Below, piece by piece: positions 55,218 to 64,000 of a stretch of 64,000 bases of DNA. The notes under the pieces were generated by a model. The model did no database searches and was not told where the DNA came from. It worked only from the letters and a program-made list of their open reading frames with translations. Source of the DNA: a virus; IMG/VR virus record IMGVR_UViG_3300010885_080919, positions 1 to 64,000 of that record; one strand, given 5' to 3'. A program made the translations under genes and the position numbers. Numbering within the stretch: the first letter of the stretch is position 1; every line of letters begins with the position of its first letter.

Positions 55218-57239
55218 ATGCCTCCACTACTAAAAATACAAGATCAGCCAATCTTGGTGGAAACCAGTGCCTATCCATATGCTTCATGGAACTTCGAAAA
55301 GTTTAATTGTGTTCAAAGCAGAATAATGGAAGTTTATGACAAAGAGACTAGCGGTCTTATAGCAGCAGCCACAAGTAGCGGCAAAACAATAGTCGCAGAG
55401 CTTTTTCTTGCACACGAGATAAGAAAAAGAGGCGGCAAAGGAATGTATTTGGTTCCTATGCGAGCTTTAGCTCAAGAAAAAATCGATCAATGGACAGATC
55501 CAAAATATCACTTTAAAGACTTGAAAGTGTCCATCTGCACCGGTGATTATAGAATCACCAAAGAAAGAGCAAAAGAGCTAGAAGAAGCAGATCTGATTAT
55601 TATGACATCAGAAATGCTATCTCACAGAAGTAGAAACTATAAAGCAGAACAAAATAACTTTTTGAAAAATGTCAACACATTGGTTGTAGATGAAGCACAC
55701 CTTTTAACAGTTCCAGGTAGAGGAGATCATCTTGAAGTTGGTTTGATGAAGTTCACAGAAATAAATAAAAATGCAAGAATAATTTTTCTTTCTGCCACAA
55801 TGCCTAATGTTGAAGAAATAGCTGGCTGGATATCTTACGGTCTGACAAAAAAAGATACATTTATTCTTGAGTCGAAATTCAGACCAGTTCCTCTCACCAC
55901 ACATTACGAGGTTTATTCAGAAGATATAAAAGGCTACAGTGCAATCGAACAGGCTAAAGTCGAATACGCAATGGAGATAGTTAAATATTACGAAGAGGAC
56001 AAATTCTTAATTTTTTCTCATACCAAAAAGACCGGTGAGATAATGAAAAAAGAGTTGATAAAATCAGGCATACAAGCAGAATTTCACAATGCTAATTTGG
56101 ATAAAAAATCAAGAATCTCTTTAGAGAATAAGTTTAAAAATGAAAAAGACCCAAGAGTTATCGTCGCCACCAGCACTCTTGCATGGGGATGCAACTTGCC
56201 AGCAAGAAGAGTTATTATTTTAGGAGTCCACAGAGGAACAGAAGAAGTAGAGTCTTACGACATACTCCAAATGGTAGGTCGATCTGGTAGGCTTGGAATA
56301 GATCCTATGGGAGACGCATATATTTTGATTCCAGAAAGCACACAATTAAAATATAAAGAGAAACTAGGCACAGCTCCAAAAATAGAGTCACAATTGCTAC
56401 AGAAAAATGGAAGTCACTATAAAAATTTGGCATTTCATTTGGTCAGTGAGATATATCATGATTCAATCAAAACAAATGAGGATGTTCACAAATGGTACGA
56501 AAGATCTTTAGCTTATTTTCAAAATAAAGAATTAGAAGACAGCATCCTGAATAGCACCTTAGATTCTTTGACCAAATGTGGAGCTATAGCTTTTCAAGAC
56601 AATCGATGGACTGCGAGGGCTATTGGTAAAGTCTCTAGTATGTTTTATTTTAGTCCGTTCGATACATCTGATTTATTTTTTAATATGAAGTTTCTTTTTG
56701 ACAATAAAAAACAGAATGATGAGTATTATGTTTCTATGGCTTTGGCCAATATAGACAGCAATAGAACTCCCATAGTTTCTAAAGCAGAAAAAGATGAGAT
56801 GTTCACGTACAAGAATAAGGTGCTAGCTAATAGGACAAACAAGTTCATTACAGAAGGATCTTGTAAAATTGGGTTTTGTTATTTTAATCTTTTAAAAGGA
56901 AGTGTAAACCCAGTCTTTGCAGCTATGCAGAGAAATTTGCAGCTTGATTTCAATAGGATTTCCCAAATCATACAGGCTTTAGATTCTTTTGGTGGCAAGT
57001 GGAATGCTAAAGGTTGGATTAAAAATATAGAAGGCATGATTACGTACGGAGTGCCACAACACTTGGTAAGCTTGTGCTCTGTGCCTAGTATTGGCAAGGT
57101 TCGTGCTAAGAAGCTGTACGAAGCAGGAATTAAAGATGCAAAATCCATTGCAGCGTGTGATAAAGAAGCTCTTAAAAAGCTTTTGAATATGAAAATGGAA
57201 TCTATAGAACAAATTATTAAGGATTCTTCTTCTTCTTAG
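55218..57239 (+). CDS. Ski2-like/Hel308-type SF2 helicase with C-terminal HhH
   Basis: AATSSGKT, VPMRALAQE, DEAH, LSAT, RPVPL, ATSTLAWGCNLPA, QMVGRSGR, VPSIGKVRAKKLYEAG. Confidence 0.92.
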   Translation: MPPLLKIQDQPILVETSAYPYASWNFEKFNCVQSRIMEVYDKETSGLIAAATSSGKTIVAELFLAHEIRKRGGKGMYLVPMRALAQEKIDQWTDPKYHFKDLKVSICTGDYRITKERAKELEEADLIIMTSEMLSHRSRNYKAEQNNFLKNVNTLVVDEAHLLTVPGRGDHLEVGLMKFTEINKNARIIFLSATMPNVEEIAGWISYGLTKKDTFILESKFRPVPLTTHYEVYSEDIKGYSAIEQAKVEYAMEIVKYYEEDKFLIFSHTKKTGEIMKKELIKSGIQAEFHNANLDKKSRISLENKFKNEKDPRVIVATSTLAWGCNLPARRVIILGVHRGTEEVESYDILQMVGRSGRLGIDPMGDAYILIPESTQLKYKEKLGTAPKIESQLLQKNGSHYKNLAFHLVSEIYHDSIKTNEDVHKWYERSLAYFQNKELEDSILNSTLDSLTKCGAIAFQDNRWTARAIGKVSSMFYFSPFDTSDLFFNMKFLFDNKKQNDEYYVSMALANIDSNRTPIVSKAEKDEMFTYKNKVLANRTNKFITEGSCKIGFCYFNLLKGSVNPVFAAMQRNLQLDFNRISQIIQALDSFGGKWNAKGWIKNIEGMITYGVPQHLVSLCSVPSIGKVRAKKLYEAGIKDAKSIAACDKEALKKLLNMKMESIEQIIKDSSSS

Positions 57240-58155
57240 AAGAATTCTTCTTTTTTGTCACTCGTTTTATAAGCTCTTTTTTATTTACGTATGTCTTAGA
57301 CTTACCGGTTTTCAAGTTTCTTCGTTTTATTACTTTGAATGCGGGAGCACATGGTGGTGGCAACAATGTGCCTGAGTCTGAGATAAAATTACAAGCACAA
57401 GGACAAGCTCCGCTAATCGGTGTAAGTCCAAAGAATATTTCTACAACATCACAATTTGAAACTTGTTTACTTTTTGTGTTTGTTCCGTTTATTGTCACAT
57501 TGAATTGCCCGCAAGAAGTTGATGGAGTATCAACTGTAACAGTTCCATCTCCAATTGCTATGAATTTTAGATATCCCGCTGCATGCCCTTCTGTTCCTAC
57601 CACCATGCAACAGCCACCAAAAGACACAGAAACAGTCTTTTCTTCACATGCCGGTATGGAGCAAGGAGAAGAAAGTATATAAACGATATTTCCATCGTCA
57701 TCTGTATACTCTTCATCTTCTTCGTGTAAAGTAAAGTCTTCTTCTGGATTATAGTTGAATTTTGGAAAATCAACATCTAATTGTGTGAGAGACAGAAGTT
57801 CTGGGTCTTGCACTTCTTCTATTTCGGTTATCGAGCTTTTCTTTAAATTTTCGCAAGATTTTATATCTTTGTGTGCGGAGCACATGCACTCATCATATGA
57901 TTCATATATTTTACTTCCCAGCGGAGCATCTGGGGTGTATACACAACTACTATCTGTTGCAATATAACCAGCTTGTTTTTCTGTATCGGCAACACGCATA
58001 GCGGGCGGTGCAGCACAGTCCCCGCAGTTATATATAAATGACCAGCCTGTATAACAAGGATTAGGCGGGAAACAATTGTCACTGCAACTACATCCGCACC
58101 AACTTCCGCTGGTACCGGGAGCATTTCCGCAGTTATATGGAGGGTTACATCCCAT
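57217..58155 (-). CDS. Cysteine-rich hypothetical protein
   Basis: Cys-dense N-terminus, acidic linker, basic tail. Confidence 0.7.
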   Translation of the reverse strand: MGCNPPYNCGNAPGTSGSWCGCSCSDNCFPPNPCYTGWSFIYNCGDCAAPPAMRVADTEKQAGYIATDSSCVYTPDAPLGSKIYESYDECMCSAHKDIKSCENLKKSSITEIEEVQDPELLSLTQLDVDFPKFNYNPEEDFTLHEEDEEYTDDDGNIVYILSSPCSIPACEEKTVSVSFGGCCMVVGTEGHAAGYLKFIAIGDGTVTVDTPSTSCGQFNVTINGTNTKSKQVSNCDVVEIFFGLTPISGACPCACNFISDSGTLLPPPCAPAFKVIKRRNLKTGKSKTYVNKKELIKRVTKKKNSSKKKKNP

Positions 58156-58408
58156 TCTTCCCTTTTCCGAAGAACCCGACTGGGTATTCTATTTTTACAG
58201 TGCCTTTTTCAGATAAATTGCCATTTTCATCTTCTGCCCACCATCTAACTTGTTCGATAGGTATGCCTAATTCATCCATATGACACTTATCTTTTGGAAA
58301 AACAGGCATGTGGTATTGTGTGCCTTCTATCAATATTGCTACTTTGCATTCTTTTTTTTCGTTATTGTAAAGCAGGCAGTTCCCACAAATCTTTTTTATG
58401 TCTTTCAT
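58145..58408 (-). CDS. Small putative Zn-binding protein
   Basis: CGNC...C...C; AAGGA RBS. Confidence 0.65.
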   Translation of the reverse strand: MKDIKKICGNCLLYNNEKKECKVAILIEGTQYHMPVFPKDKCHMDELGIPIEQVRWWAEDENGNLSEKGTVKIEYPVGFFGKGKNGM

Positions 58409-58488
58409 ATCCTTTCTCCGTATGATATAATAGTGTATCCACCTATATTTGAAGATTAAATCAGCTTTTATACGACAAGGAATTTTAC

Positions 58489-59607
58489 ATGATAATAGGT
58501 ATTGCTGGGCGAAAAAGCTCAGGCAAAAGCACAATTGCCAATGTGTTGATAAATAAAGGGTTTAAAAAAGCGAGTTTTGGAGACCCTTTGAAAAGATATA
58601 TCTCCCAGCTATATGATTGGGAAATAGACTCATTATACACACAAGAGGGTAAAGAGTCTCTTTTAAATTTTCCTGTAGAATGGAACGAGGATGCCTGTAA
58701 GAAGCTTTCTGATATTATCGGAATAGAAATACCTTATTCGGGTAAAAAGGTCTTTAATACAAAAAGAGACGCCCTACAGTATATTGGCACAGACGTTTTA
58801 AGAGATCAAGTAGATAAAGATTTCCATATAAATAAATTCAAACAATTCTTTACCGAAGGAGACTATGTTTGTGATGATTTAAGGTTCCCCAATGAATCTC
58901 AAACAATAAAAGACATGGGTGGAATTCCTATTTTCTTGATAAGGCCTAATTATTGGGATTATTCTAATCATTCAAGTGAGATATCGCTTTGTAGGCATGA
59001 TTTTAATTATGTGTACATTAATGACAAATCAAAGGTTGAAATACTCGAGAAATTCAATTCTTTTATGGAGAATTTATTTGATCAAAAATATGAAACATTT
59101 AGCAAAGATAAGTTTATAGACATCTTTAGCAGTTGTGATTTTGACACAGAGATCATGGCTAACAAACTTCGGCTCAGTGTAGATGAAATTTCTAATTATG
59201 TTGAAAAATACATGCCATCGATTTACGGAGATTCATACTCTGTAAACAACCATGCTTTTAGCAGAATCACACCTGAGTCAGCGTTTTGGGCAGGGGCCGT
59301 ATCTATTGCAGGGCGTGTTGTTGAGTATTCAAAATACGATTATTTTTTAGAATTTAGTAGCAAAAATAAACCTTTTGTTGAGAATTTTAAAAGATTCATA
59401 CAAACTAAAAATGAAATTTATAATGTTACTTCTAGACACGGAAAGAAGTATTATCTCCAAGCAGGATCACCTTATCTAACAGAAGATTTAAAACTGTGGA
59501 ATATTGAACCCACAAGCTCAGTTTCAAGAGAACCGGAAGTATTGCAGGATAGTCCTTTGCTTGATTATTGGGTTGTTGGTAAAAAAACAGGAGAATCCAA
59601 TGGATAA
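58489..59607 (+). CDS. dNMP kinase fused to a degenerate LAGLIDADG-like domain
   Basis: GRKSSGKS, SFGDPLK, RDALQYIGT, DDLRFPNE, HSSE; C-terminal AFSRITPESAFWAGAVSIAG. Confidence 0.82.
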   Translation: MIIGIAGRKSSGKSTIANVLINKGFKKASFGDPLKRYISQLYDWEIDSLYTQEGKESLLNFPVEWNEDACKKLSDIIGIEIPYSGKKVFNTKRDALQYIGTDVLRDQVDKDFHINKFKQFFTEGDYVCDDLRFPNESQTIKDMGGIPIFLIRPNYWDYSNHSSEISLCRHDFNYVYINDKSKVEILEKFNSFMENLFDQKYETFSKDKFIDIFSSCDFDTEIMANKLRLSVDEISNYVEKYMPSIYGDSYSVNNHAFSRITPESAFWAGAVSIAGRVVEYSKYDYFLEFSSKNKPFVENFKRFIQTKNEIYNVTSRHGKKYYLQAGSPYLTEDLKLWNIEPTSSVSREPEVLQDSPLLDYWVVGKKTGESNG

Positions 59608-59854
59608 TTTCACAAAAAAAGACTTTATGAAAGACCTTAGAGATTTGATAGAAAAATATGATGGAATGTTATCATTTGAAACCAATCAAGAATATTTCGA
59701 CACATGCGAAGATAGTTATGCTTGCGAACCATGCAAGACTTTTAAAATTGAATTTGATGATTATGTATATTCGACTGAAGATTGTGTTGTAAAACGTACT
59801 CCTTTTGTATTCAACATTGAAGATCTAGAAAACCTATATGGAGAAAAACAATGA
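59600..59854 (+). CDS. Acidic hypothetical protein
   Basis: AGGAG RBS, MDNFTKK start. Confidence 0.65.
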   Translation: MDNFTKKDFMKDLRDLIEKYDGMLSFETNQEYFDTCEDSYACEPCKTFKIEFDDYVYSTEDCVVKRTPFVFNIEDLENLYGEKQ

Positions 59855-59903
59855 ATGCAAATCAACTTCAAACCCTGCGGTCAGCACATACTGACGAACG
59901 AAT

Positions 59904-60185
59904 ATGAACTTCTCCCAAAGAATATTCTTAGCAACACTGATCATGGTTCCCACTTTTGAATTTGATTCAAATTGGCAGTATCGTCATGGTGAAAAGGTAG
60001 AGGTGTGGATTCCGCCGATTGCAGACTTAATGATTGATGGTTCTTGGAATGATGGCACATTCAATTTAGTGAAGCGCCAGATAGATATAGACGGAACATT
60101 TGGTGGGGCTTATGTGCCGTTGGATGGTGTTAAAAGAGCTTTACCACAAAACTGGGTACGTAGAAAACGGGAAGAAAGAAAGTGA
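59904..60185 (+). CDS. Hypothetical protein
   Basis: ORF only; start uncertain. Confidence 0.5.
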   Translation: MNFSQRIFLATLIMVPTFEFDSNWQYRHGEKVEVWIPPIADLMIDGSWNDGTFNLVKRQIDIDGTFGGAYVPLDGVKRALPQNWVRRKREERK

Positions 60186-60192
60186 AAATTGA

Positions 60193-60834
60193 TCATATGA
60201 AAAATTTTTCTCCTATAGCACAAGCTGTATTTGTCAAAGGTAAGAATTTAAACTTTTGGCAAATGCTGACTCCGTGTCTAAATTTTAAATCTGTTCCTAC
60301 TCCATGATTCTTTTTTCTAGGATGTAAGCAAAATACATCGTACCCGAGTTTTTTTAACTTATTAGTCATATCTCTCTCGACCCTTTGATGTACTTTAGGT
60401 TTTCCGTCTACACCATAATGGACATTCGTATCGTGTAGGGCTATTATTGTTTTGTTGTCGATTGTTCCTGATTTGACCAATCTATCATGAAGTCCGATTT
60501 GCGACATATTATGGCAGTCAAAAAACACCAAATCAAGAGGATCTCCTTGAGCAAAATCCAAATGGTCTACTTTGTTTGCGTCTTTTTGAATAACTATGTG
60601 GTTGCTTGAAAGCTTAGGGACTTTATTGAGGTCTACGGTGTAAAGTACGCCTTCTGTCATAGATGCCAAAAAGTTCTGGGCAGAATAGCCATGCAGTCCA
60701 CCTACTTCCAATATTCTTTTCATCCTCATTGCTTTTACTATTGAGTATAAAAACAATGCTTCATCGTCTTGAATTGGCCCGCAAACCCTTTGGTGTTCTT
60801 CCTGTTGCAGGTGGTTTAGATTATATTTGACCAT
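60193..60834 (-). CDS. Methyltransf_24-like SAM methyltransferase
   Basis: ILEVGGLHGYS, LDLVFFDCH, IALHDT. Confidence 0.85.
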   Translation of the reverse strand: MVKYNLNHLQQEEHQRVCGPIQDDEALFLYSIVKAMRMKRILEVGGLHGYSAQNFLASMTEGVLYTVDLNKVPKLSSNHIVIQKDANKVDHLDFAQGDPLDLVFFDCHNMSQIGLHDRLVKSGTIDNKTIIALHDTNVHYGVDGKPKVHQRVERDMTNKLKKLGYDVFCLHPRKKNHGVGTDLKFRHGVSICQKFKFLPLTNTACAIGEKFFI

Positions 60835-60973
60835 GTTAGTTCCTCCTTGAACTAATTTATATAGTCTGTTTTGCTATTGATTATTTTAACATATGGTGAA
60901 AATTGATATGATTCCTCATGTCTATAAGCATGGTCTAATATCTTTTTCAAATCAGGCAGCGTACTAAAACCAT

Positions 60974-61798
60974 TCAAGATGCCTTCGAAGGCTGATTTTT
61001 GAAATAAAGGAAATACTTTGTTAAAGTAAGAACAAATTTATTATAACACGATTTTAATTCTTCTATTTGTTGAGGAGTTAAATTAAATTTGTTTTTTAAT
61101 CTCTCAAGATCTTCACCGAAATGTATAAGTGTGTCCACACTTCCAGATATTTTTTTCTTGTAGAAGTTTTGTTTGAACTTATTGAAATCTAAAGATGCGT
61201 CTTGAGGAAACATCTTATAGTATCTGTAGGCACTTTCCTTAGCGTAAGCTGAAACTTCTCCACTGTGACAAAGATAATCTCTGGCTCTTATAAGAGCGTT
61301 TTCTTCGCTCTCATCGGGAGCAGTACCTACATCTAATAAGTGTTGTAATTCGTGTTGTATGGTTGCCTTATAAGCGTCAGGGTCTTTCATAAAAATAAAT
61401 ATGTTAATGCGCATTTCGTCACTCTTGCCTTTATTTTCTCCCCAACCATGGATTACTAATCCACCGGCCTCGCTCTCCTCTACAGGAAACCCCAAATAAA
61501 AAGGCGTAGCCAACGATGGAAAAGCATTCTTTATCATATCGGGAATCAAGATCTCTATCCCACAACCAGAAGGCTTCCATCCTTTTGCATTTTTTGAAGG
61601 ACGATATAAACGTCCCACTCTTCCAAAATCACGACAAAATTTTATATAGTCATTTACGTCATTGATTGTATAATTTTGTTGGTCTATTTGCTGCTTAAGG
61701 TCAAATAAAACATCTCTAATAATAATATAAAGTTGCTTAAAAGCTGAGTTCTGCTCAGGTGTTATTTCTTCTTTAAAAAGCCAAATCTTAAAATTCAT
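60974..61798 (-). CDS. HExxH (zincin-like) protein with N-terminal FKIWL motif
   Basis: TIQHELQHL ... Y....GEVSAY. Confidence 0.65.
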   Translation of the reverse strand: MNFKIWLFKEEITPEQNSAFKQLYIIIRDVLFDLKQQIDQQNYTINDVNDYIKFCRDFGRVGRLYRPSKNAKGWKPSGCGIEILIPDMIKNAFPSLATPFYLGFPVEESEAGGLVIHGWGENKGKSDEMRINIFIFMKDPDAYKATIQHELQHLLDVGTAPDESEENALIRARDYLCHSGEVSAYAKESAYRYYKMFPQDASLDFNKFKQNFYKKKISGSVDTLIHFGEDLERLKNKFNLTPQQIEELKSCYNKFVLTLTKYFLYFKNQPSKAS

Positions 61799-61860
61799 AA
61801 TTCACCAATAAAGAACATTGCTCTTTTATATATTGACCGAGACTGTTTTCTAGCCAAATT

Positions 61861-62529
61861 TTAAAGCTCATAAGCTCCGCCATTCTTTATTTTTTGTTTT
61901 AATTTACTCATTCCTACCTCTGTGAGCACCATAAATTTGTATCCACGGGTTTCACAAAAGTATTGGCAGGCGGACCATTTAGCATTGTTTTTAGGCAAGC
62001 TAGTTTGATTAGATGGTTTGATTTCCCATATTTCTACATGTCCATCATGGAAAAACACCTGTAGATCTGGATTGTATTCGTGACTTTCTCCCTGAAAACT
62101 ATACTGCACAGCAAAAGGTTCGACTTCATATCTCATTACTTCTTCCAAAGCTTCTAATGATTCATATACCTCGCACTCCATGCCAGATCTATAATGAACT
62201 TCTTTTCCGTTTTTAACGGAAAACATGTATCCTTCTCTAAACTTGGGTTTTCTTTGTGTCATTTTCCCAGTTTTTGAGTTTTGATCTTTCCATATAGTGG
62301 CTCTAAATTGTCCTATTTTTGGAATAGATTGAGAAGGATGTTTGGTCTTAAAGTGTTGACGTAAGTCTCTAACGCATGCTCTACATCGCTCAAGAGGACA
62401 TCTTATATATTCTCTTCCTTCTTCGTGGTTTTCTGTTATGTGGTCTGTAAATTCGTTGAAACTTGTGTGGCTAACTCCGCACACAAAACATGTGTATTGT
62501 CTTTTATCGTTTTTTTCAAAAGGAAACAT
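61861..62529 (-). CDS. Two C2H2 zinc fingers fused to a TnsA-like PD-(D/E)xK endonuclease (T4 gp4 head-completion-like)
   Basis: CFVC..H..H, CPLERC..HFKTKH; YRSGME, YNPDL, EIKP, KWSA, F.VLTE. Confidence 0.82.
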   Translation of the reverse strand: MFPFEKNDKRQYTCFVCGVSHTSFNEFTDHITENHEEGREYIRCPLERCRACVRDLRQHFKTKHPSQSIPKIGQFRATIWKDQNSKTGKMTQRKPKFREGYMFSVKNGKEVHYRSGMECEVYESLEALEEVMRYEVEPFAVQYSFQGESHEYNPDLQVFFHDGHVEIWEIKPSNQTSLPKNNAKWSACQYFCETRGYKFMVLTEVGMSKLKQKIKNGGAYEL

Positions 62530-62530
62530 A

Positions 62531-62848
62531 TTATTTTTTCTTTGATATGTGACTCACAACATCTCTTTTATCGCATACTTTTATGCTTGGTATATCTTTT
62601 TCGCCAAATAACACAATTTTTGGATCATCTTTTTTAGATTTTGATAAATTTTTAGCCATAAATTTTATTTCTTTTCCAGGCTCTGTGGTTAAATCATCTG
62701 TATCATTTGATTTTATTTTGGCAAACACAATACGGCTATCTTCAGGAGCAGCAAAATACTCACCATCTTTTTTAAAGAAAAGAGTAAATCCTTCTTCGTC
62801 TAAGCTATTAGATATATCGTAGAATGTTTCCCAAGTCATAATTTTCAT
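62531..62848 (-). CDS. Hypothetical protein
   Basis: ORF abutting the downstream gene. Confidence 0.7.
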   Translation of the reverse strand: MKIMTWETFYDISNSLDEEGFTLFFKKDGEYFAAPEDSRIVFAKIKSNDTDDLTTEPGKEIKFMAKNLSKSKKDDPKIVLFGEKDIPSIKVCDKRDVVSHISKKK

Positions 62849-62890
62849 GGTTTTTTCTCTATTTGTAATCAGATATGATATATAGTTATT

Positions 62891-63343
62891 ATGAGTAATT
62901 TATCTGGTTTTAAACAATTTGTTATTAAAGAGGAAGAAGGTCCCGAACCTGAAAACAAAATTGATTATTTTTCAGCTTTAGGAGACGAAGAAGGTATAGA
63001 GTGGTCTGATTTAGTGAAAGCTTATGAATCAGACCCACAAATATCAGCTCATTTTGGGTTGGGACAAAATATTTATAAACTTTCTCCTTGGGAAATTGTT
63101 AAAGGCTCTTTGACTCCGAATGGAGCAGATATAAGATTAAAACCACAAAGAGGTAATAGGAGTTATTTAAAAGGAAATAGATTGAATAAATCCAATTACG
63201 AAGACAATAGAAGATATCATTTAAATAGAAAAGAATTATTGAATTTTCTAACCAAAGGATGGACGCCCATAGTTCAACCAGCAGGAGGCGATATGGGAGG
63301 AGGAATGGGCGATATGGGTGGCGGAATGGGAGCGATAACTTGA
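62891..63343 (+). CDS. Hypothetical protein with GGM-repeat tail
   Basis: FKQFVIKEE N-terminus; GGDMGGGMGDMGGGMG C-terminus. Confidence 0.75.
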   Translation: MSNLSGFKQFVIKEEEGPEPENKIDYFSALGDEEGIEWSDLVKAYESDPQISAHFGLGQNIYKLSPWEIVKGSLTPNGADIRLKPQRGNRSYLKGNRLNKSNYEDNRRYHLNRKELLNFLTKGWTPIVQPAGGDMGGGMGDMGGGMGAIT

Positions 63344-63531
63344 TGAGTTTTAAAGAATGGTTCAAATTACAAGAAGTTGGCACATCCACAGCCTCTGTGG
63401 CTCCTTTTATTCGTCCCTTATTTGGTGGGCCTGTAACAAGGATGTATCCTGACCCTGTCACTATAGAAATAGATCCATTTTTTAAAAAGAAAAAAAATTC
63501 TCGTCTTGATCAAAAATCTGATATAAAGTAA
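63343..63531 (+). CDS. Small protein (MSFKEWFKLQE N-terminus)
   Basis: TGATG overlap with the upstream gene. Confidence 0.7.
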   Translation: MSFKEWFKLQEVGTSTASVAPFIRPLFGGPVTRMYPDPVTIEIDPFFKKKKNSRLDQKSDIK

Positions 63532-63566
63532 TATCAAAAAGTCAGATTTATTCTTGGGATCAAAGC

Positions 63567-64000
63567 ATGAGTGTTAAATTTGTTTCTATAACACCGGACG
63601 CAGAGAAGCTAATGGCATACTGCGCCAGAGTCAGCAATCCGGCCAATCAAGACTCTGAAAATTATTCTAGACTTTTGAAATATTGTATAGATAATTCTCA
63701 CTGGTCCATATTTGAAATGTCGAACATGGTTCTAGAGATCGATACAACCCGAGCTATCGCCGCACAAATTTTACGGCATAAAAGCTTCAATTTTCAAGAA
63801 TTTAGTTTAAGATATTCGGATGCAACACTGCTATCAGAGGATATTCCGCTTTTCGATCTTAGAAGACAAGATACTAAAAATAGACAAAATAGCATCGATG
63901 ATATATCTGATGAAATAAAAGTGAAATGGAATGCTCGTATCCGTGAACATTTCTCAAAAGCAAAATCAATTTACGACGGAATGATTGCGGATGGCATAGC
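63567..64000 (+). CDS. thyX: Flavin-dependent thymidylate synthase, 3'-truncated by the window
   Basis: AYCARVSNP, HWSIFEM, RAIAAQILRHKSFNFQEFSLRY. Confidence 0.93.
   Translation, partial: MSVKFVSITPDAEKLMAYCARVSNPANQDSENYSRLLKYCIDNSHWSIFEMSNMVLEIDTTRAIAAQILRHKSFNFQEFSLRYSDATLLSEDIPLFDLRRQDTKNRQNSIDDISDEIKVKWNARIREHFSKAKSIYDGMIADGI

Noticed and set aside
61861-62529. Tn7-like transposon
   Set aside because: No TnsB/TnsC/TniQ genes or terminal repeats
1-64000. Stop-codon reassignment
   Set aside because: Conserved genes are full length under code 11, and TAA, TAG and TGA all end genes

Overview
AT-rich, gene-dense 64-kb segment of a large dsDNA tailed phage (T4-like/jumbo-type gene content, standard genetic code; host not identifiable from this window). 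It carries virion genes (a collagen-like fibre running off the 5' end, an Mtd-N-type fibre protein, many small proteins with an N-terminal 'F-x-x-W/F-L' head-targeting-like motif), replication/recombination genes (UvsW, DnaB/gp41, gp32-like SSB, RecA/UvsX, UvsY-like, Dda-like and Hel308-like helicases), nucleotide metabolism genes (dCMP deaminase, dNMP kinase, ThyX), a ~16-kb glycan-tailoring island plus scattered glycosyltransferases, and a tRNA-Glu(UUC) split by a 199-nt group I intron. The best candidate for an undescribed system is 24836-26706: a promoter-driven, extensively base-paired ~375-nt non-coding RNA directly upstream of a family A DNA polymerase that keeps its catalytic motifs but lacks the entire thumb, set between UvsW and a region-4-less sigma-like gene plus DnaB. 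All calls come from reading motifs by eye; no searches or folding programs were run.
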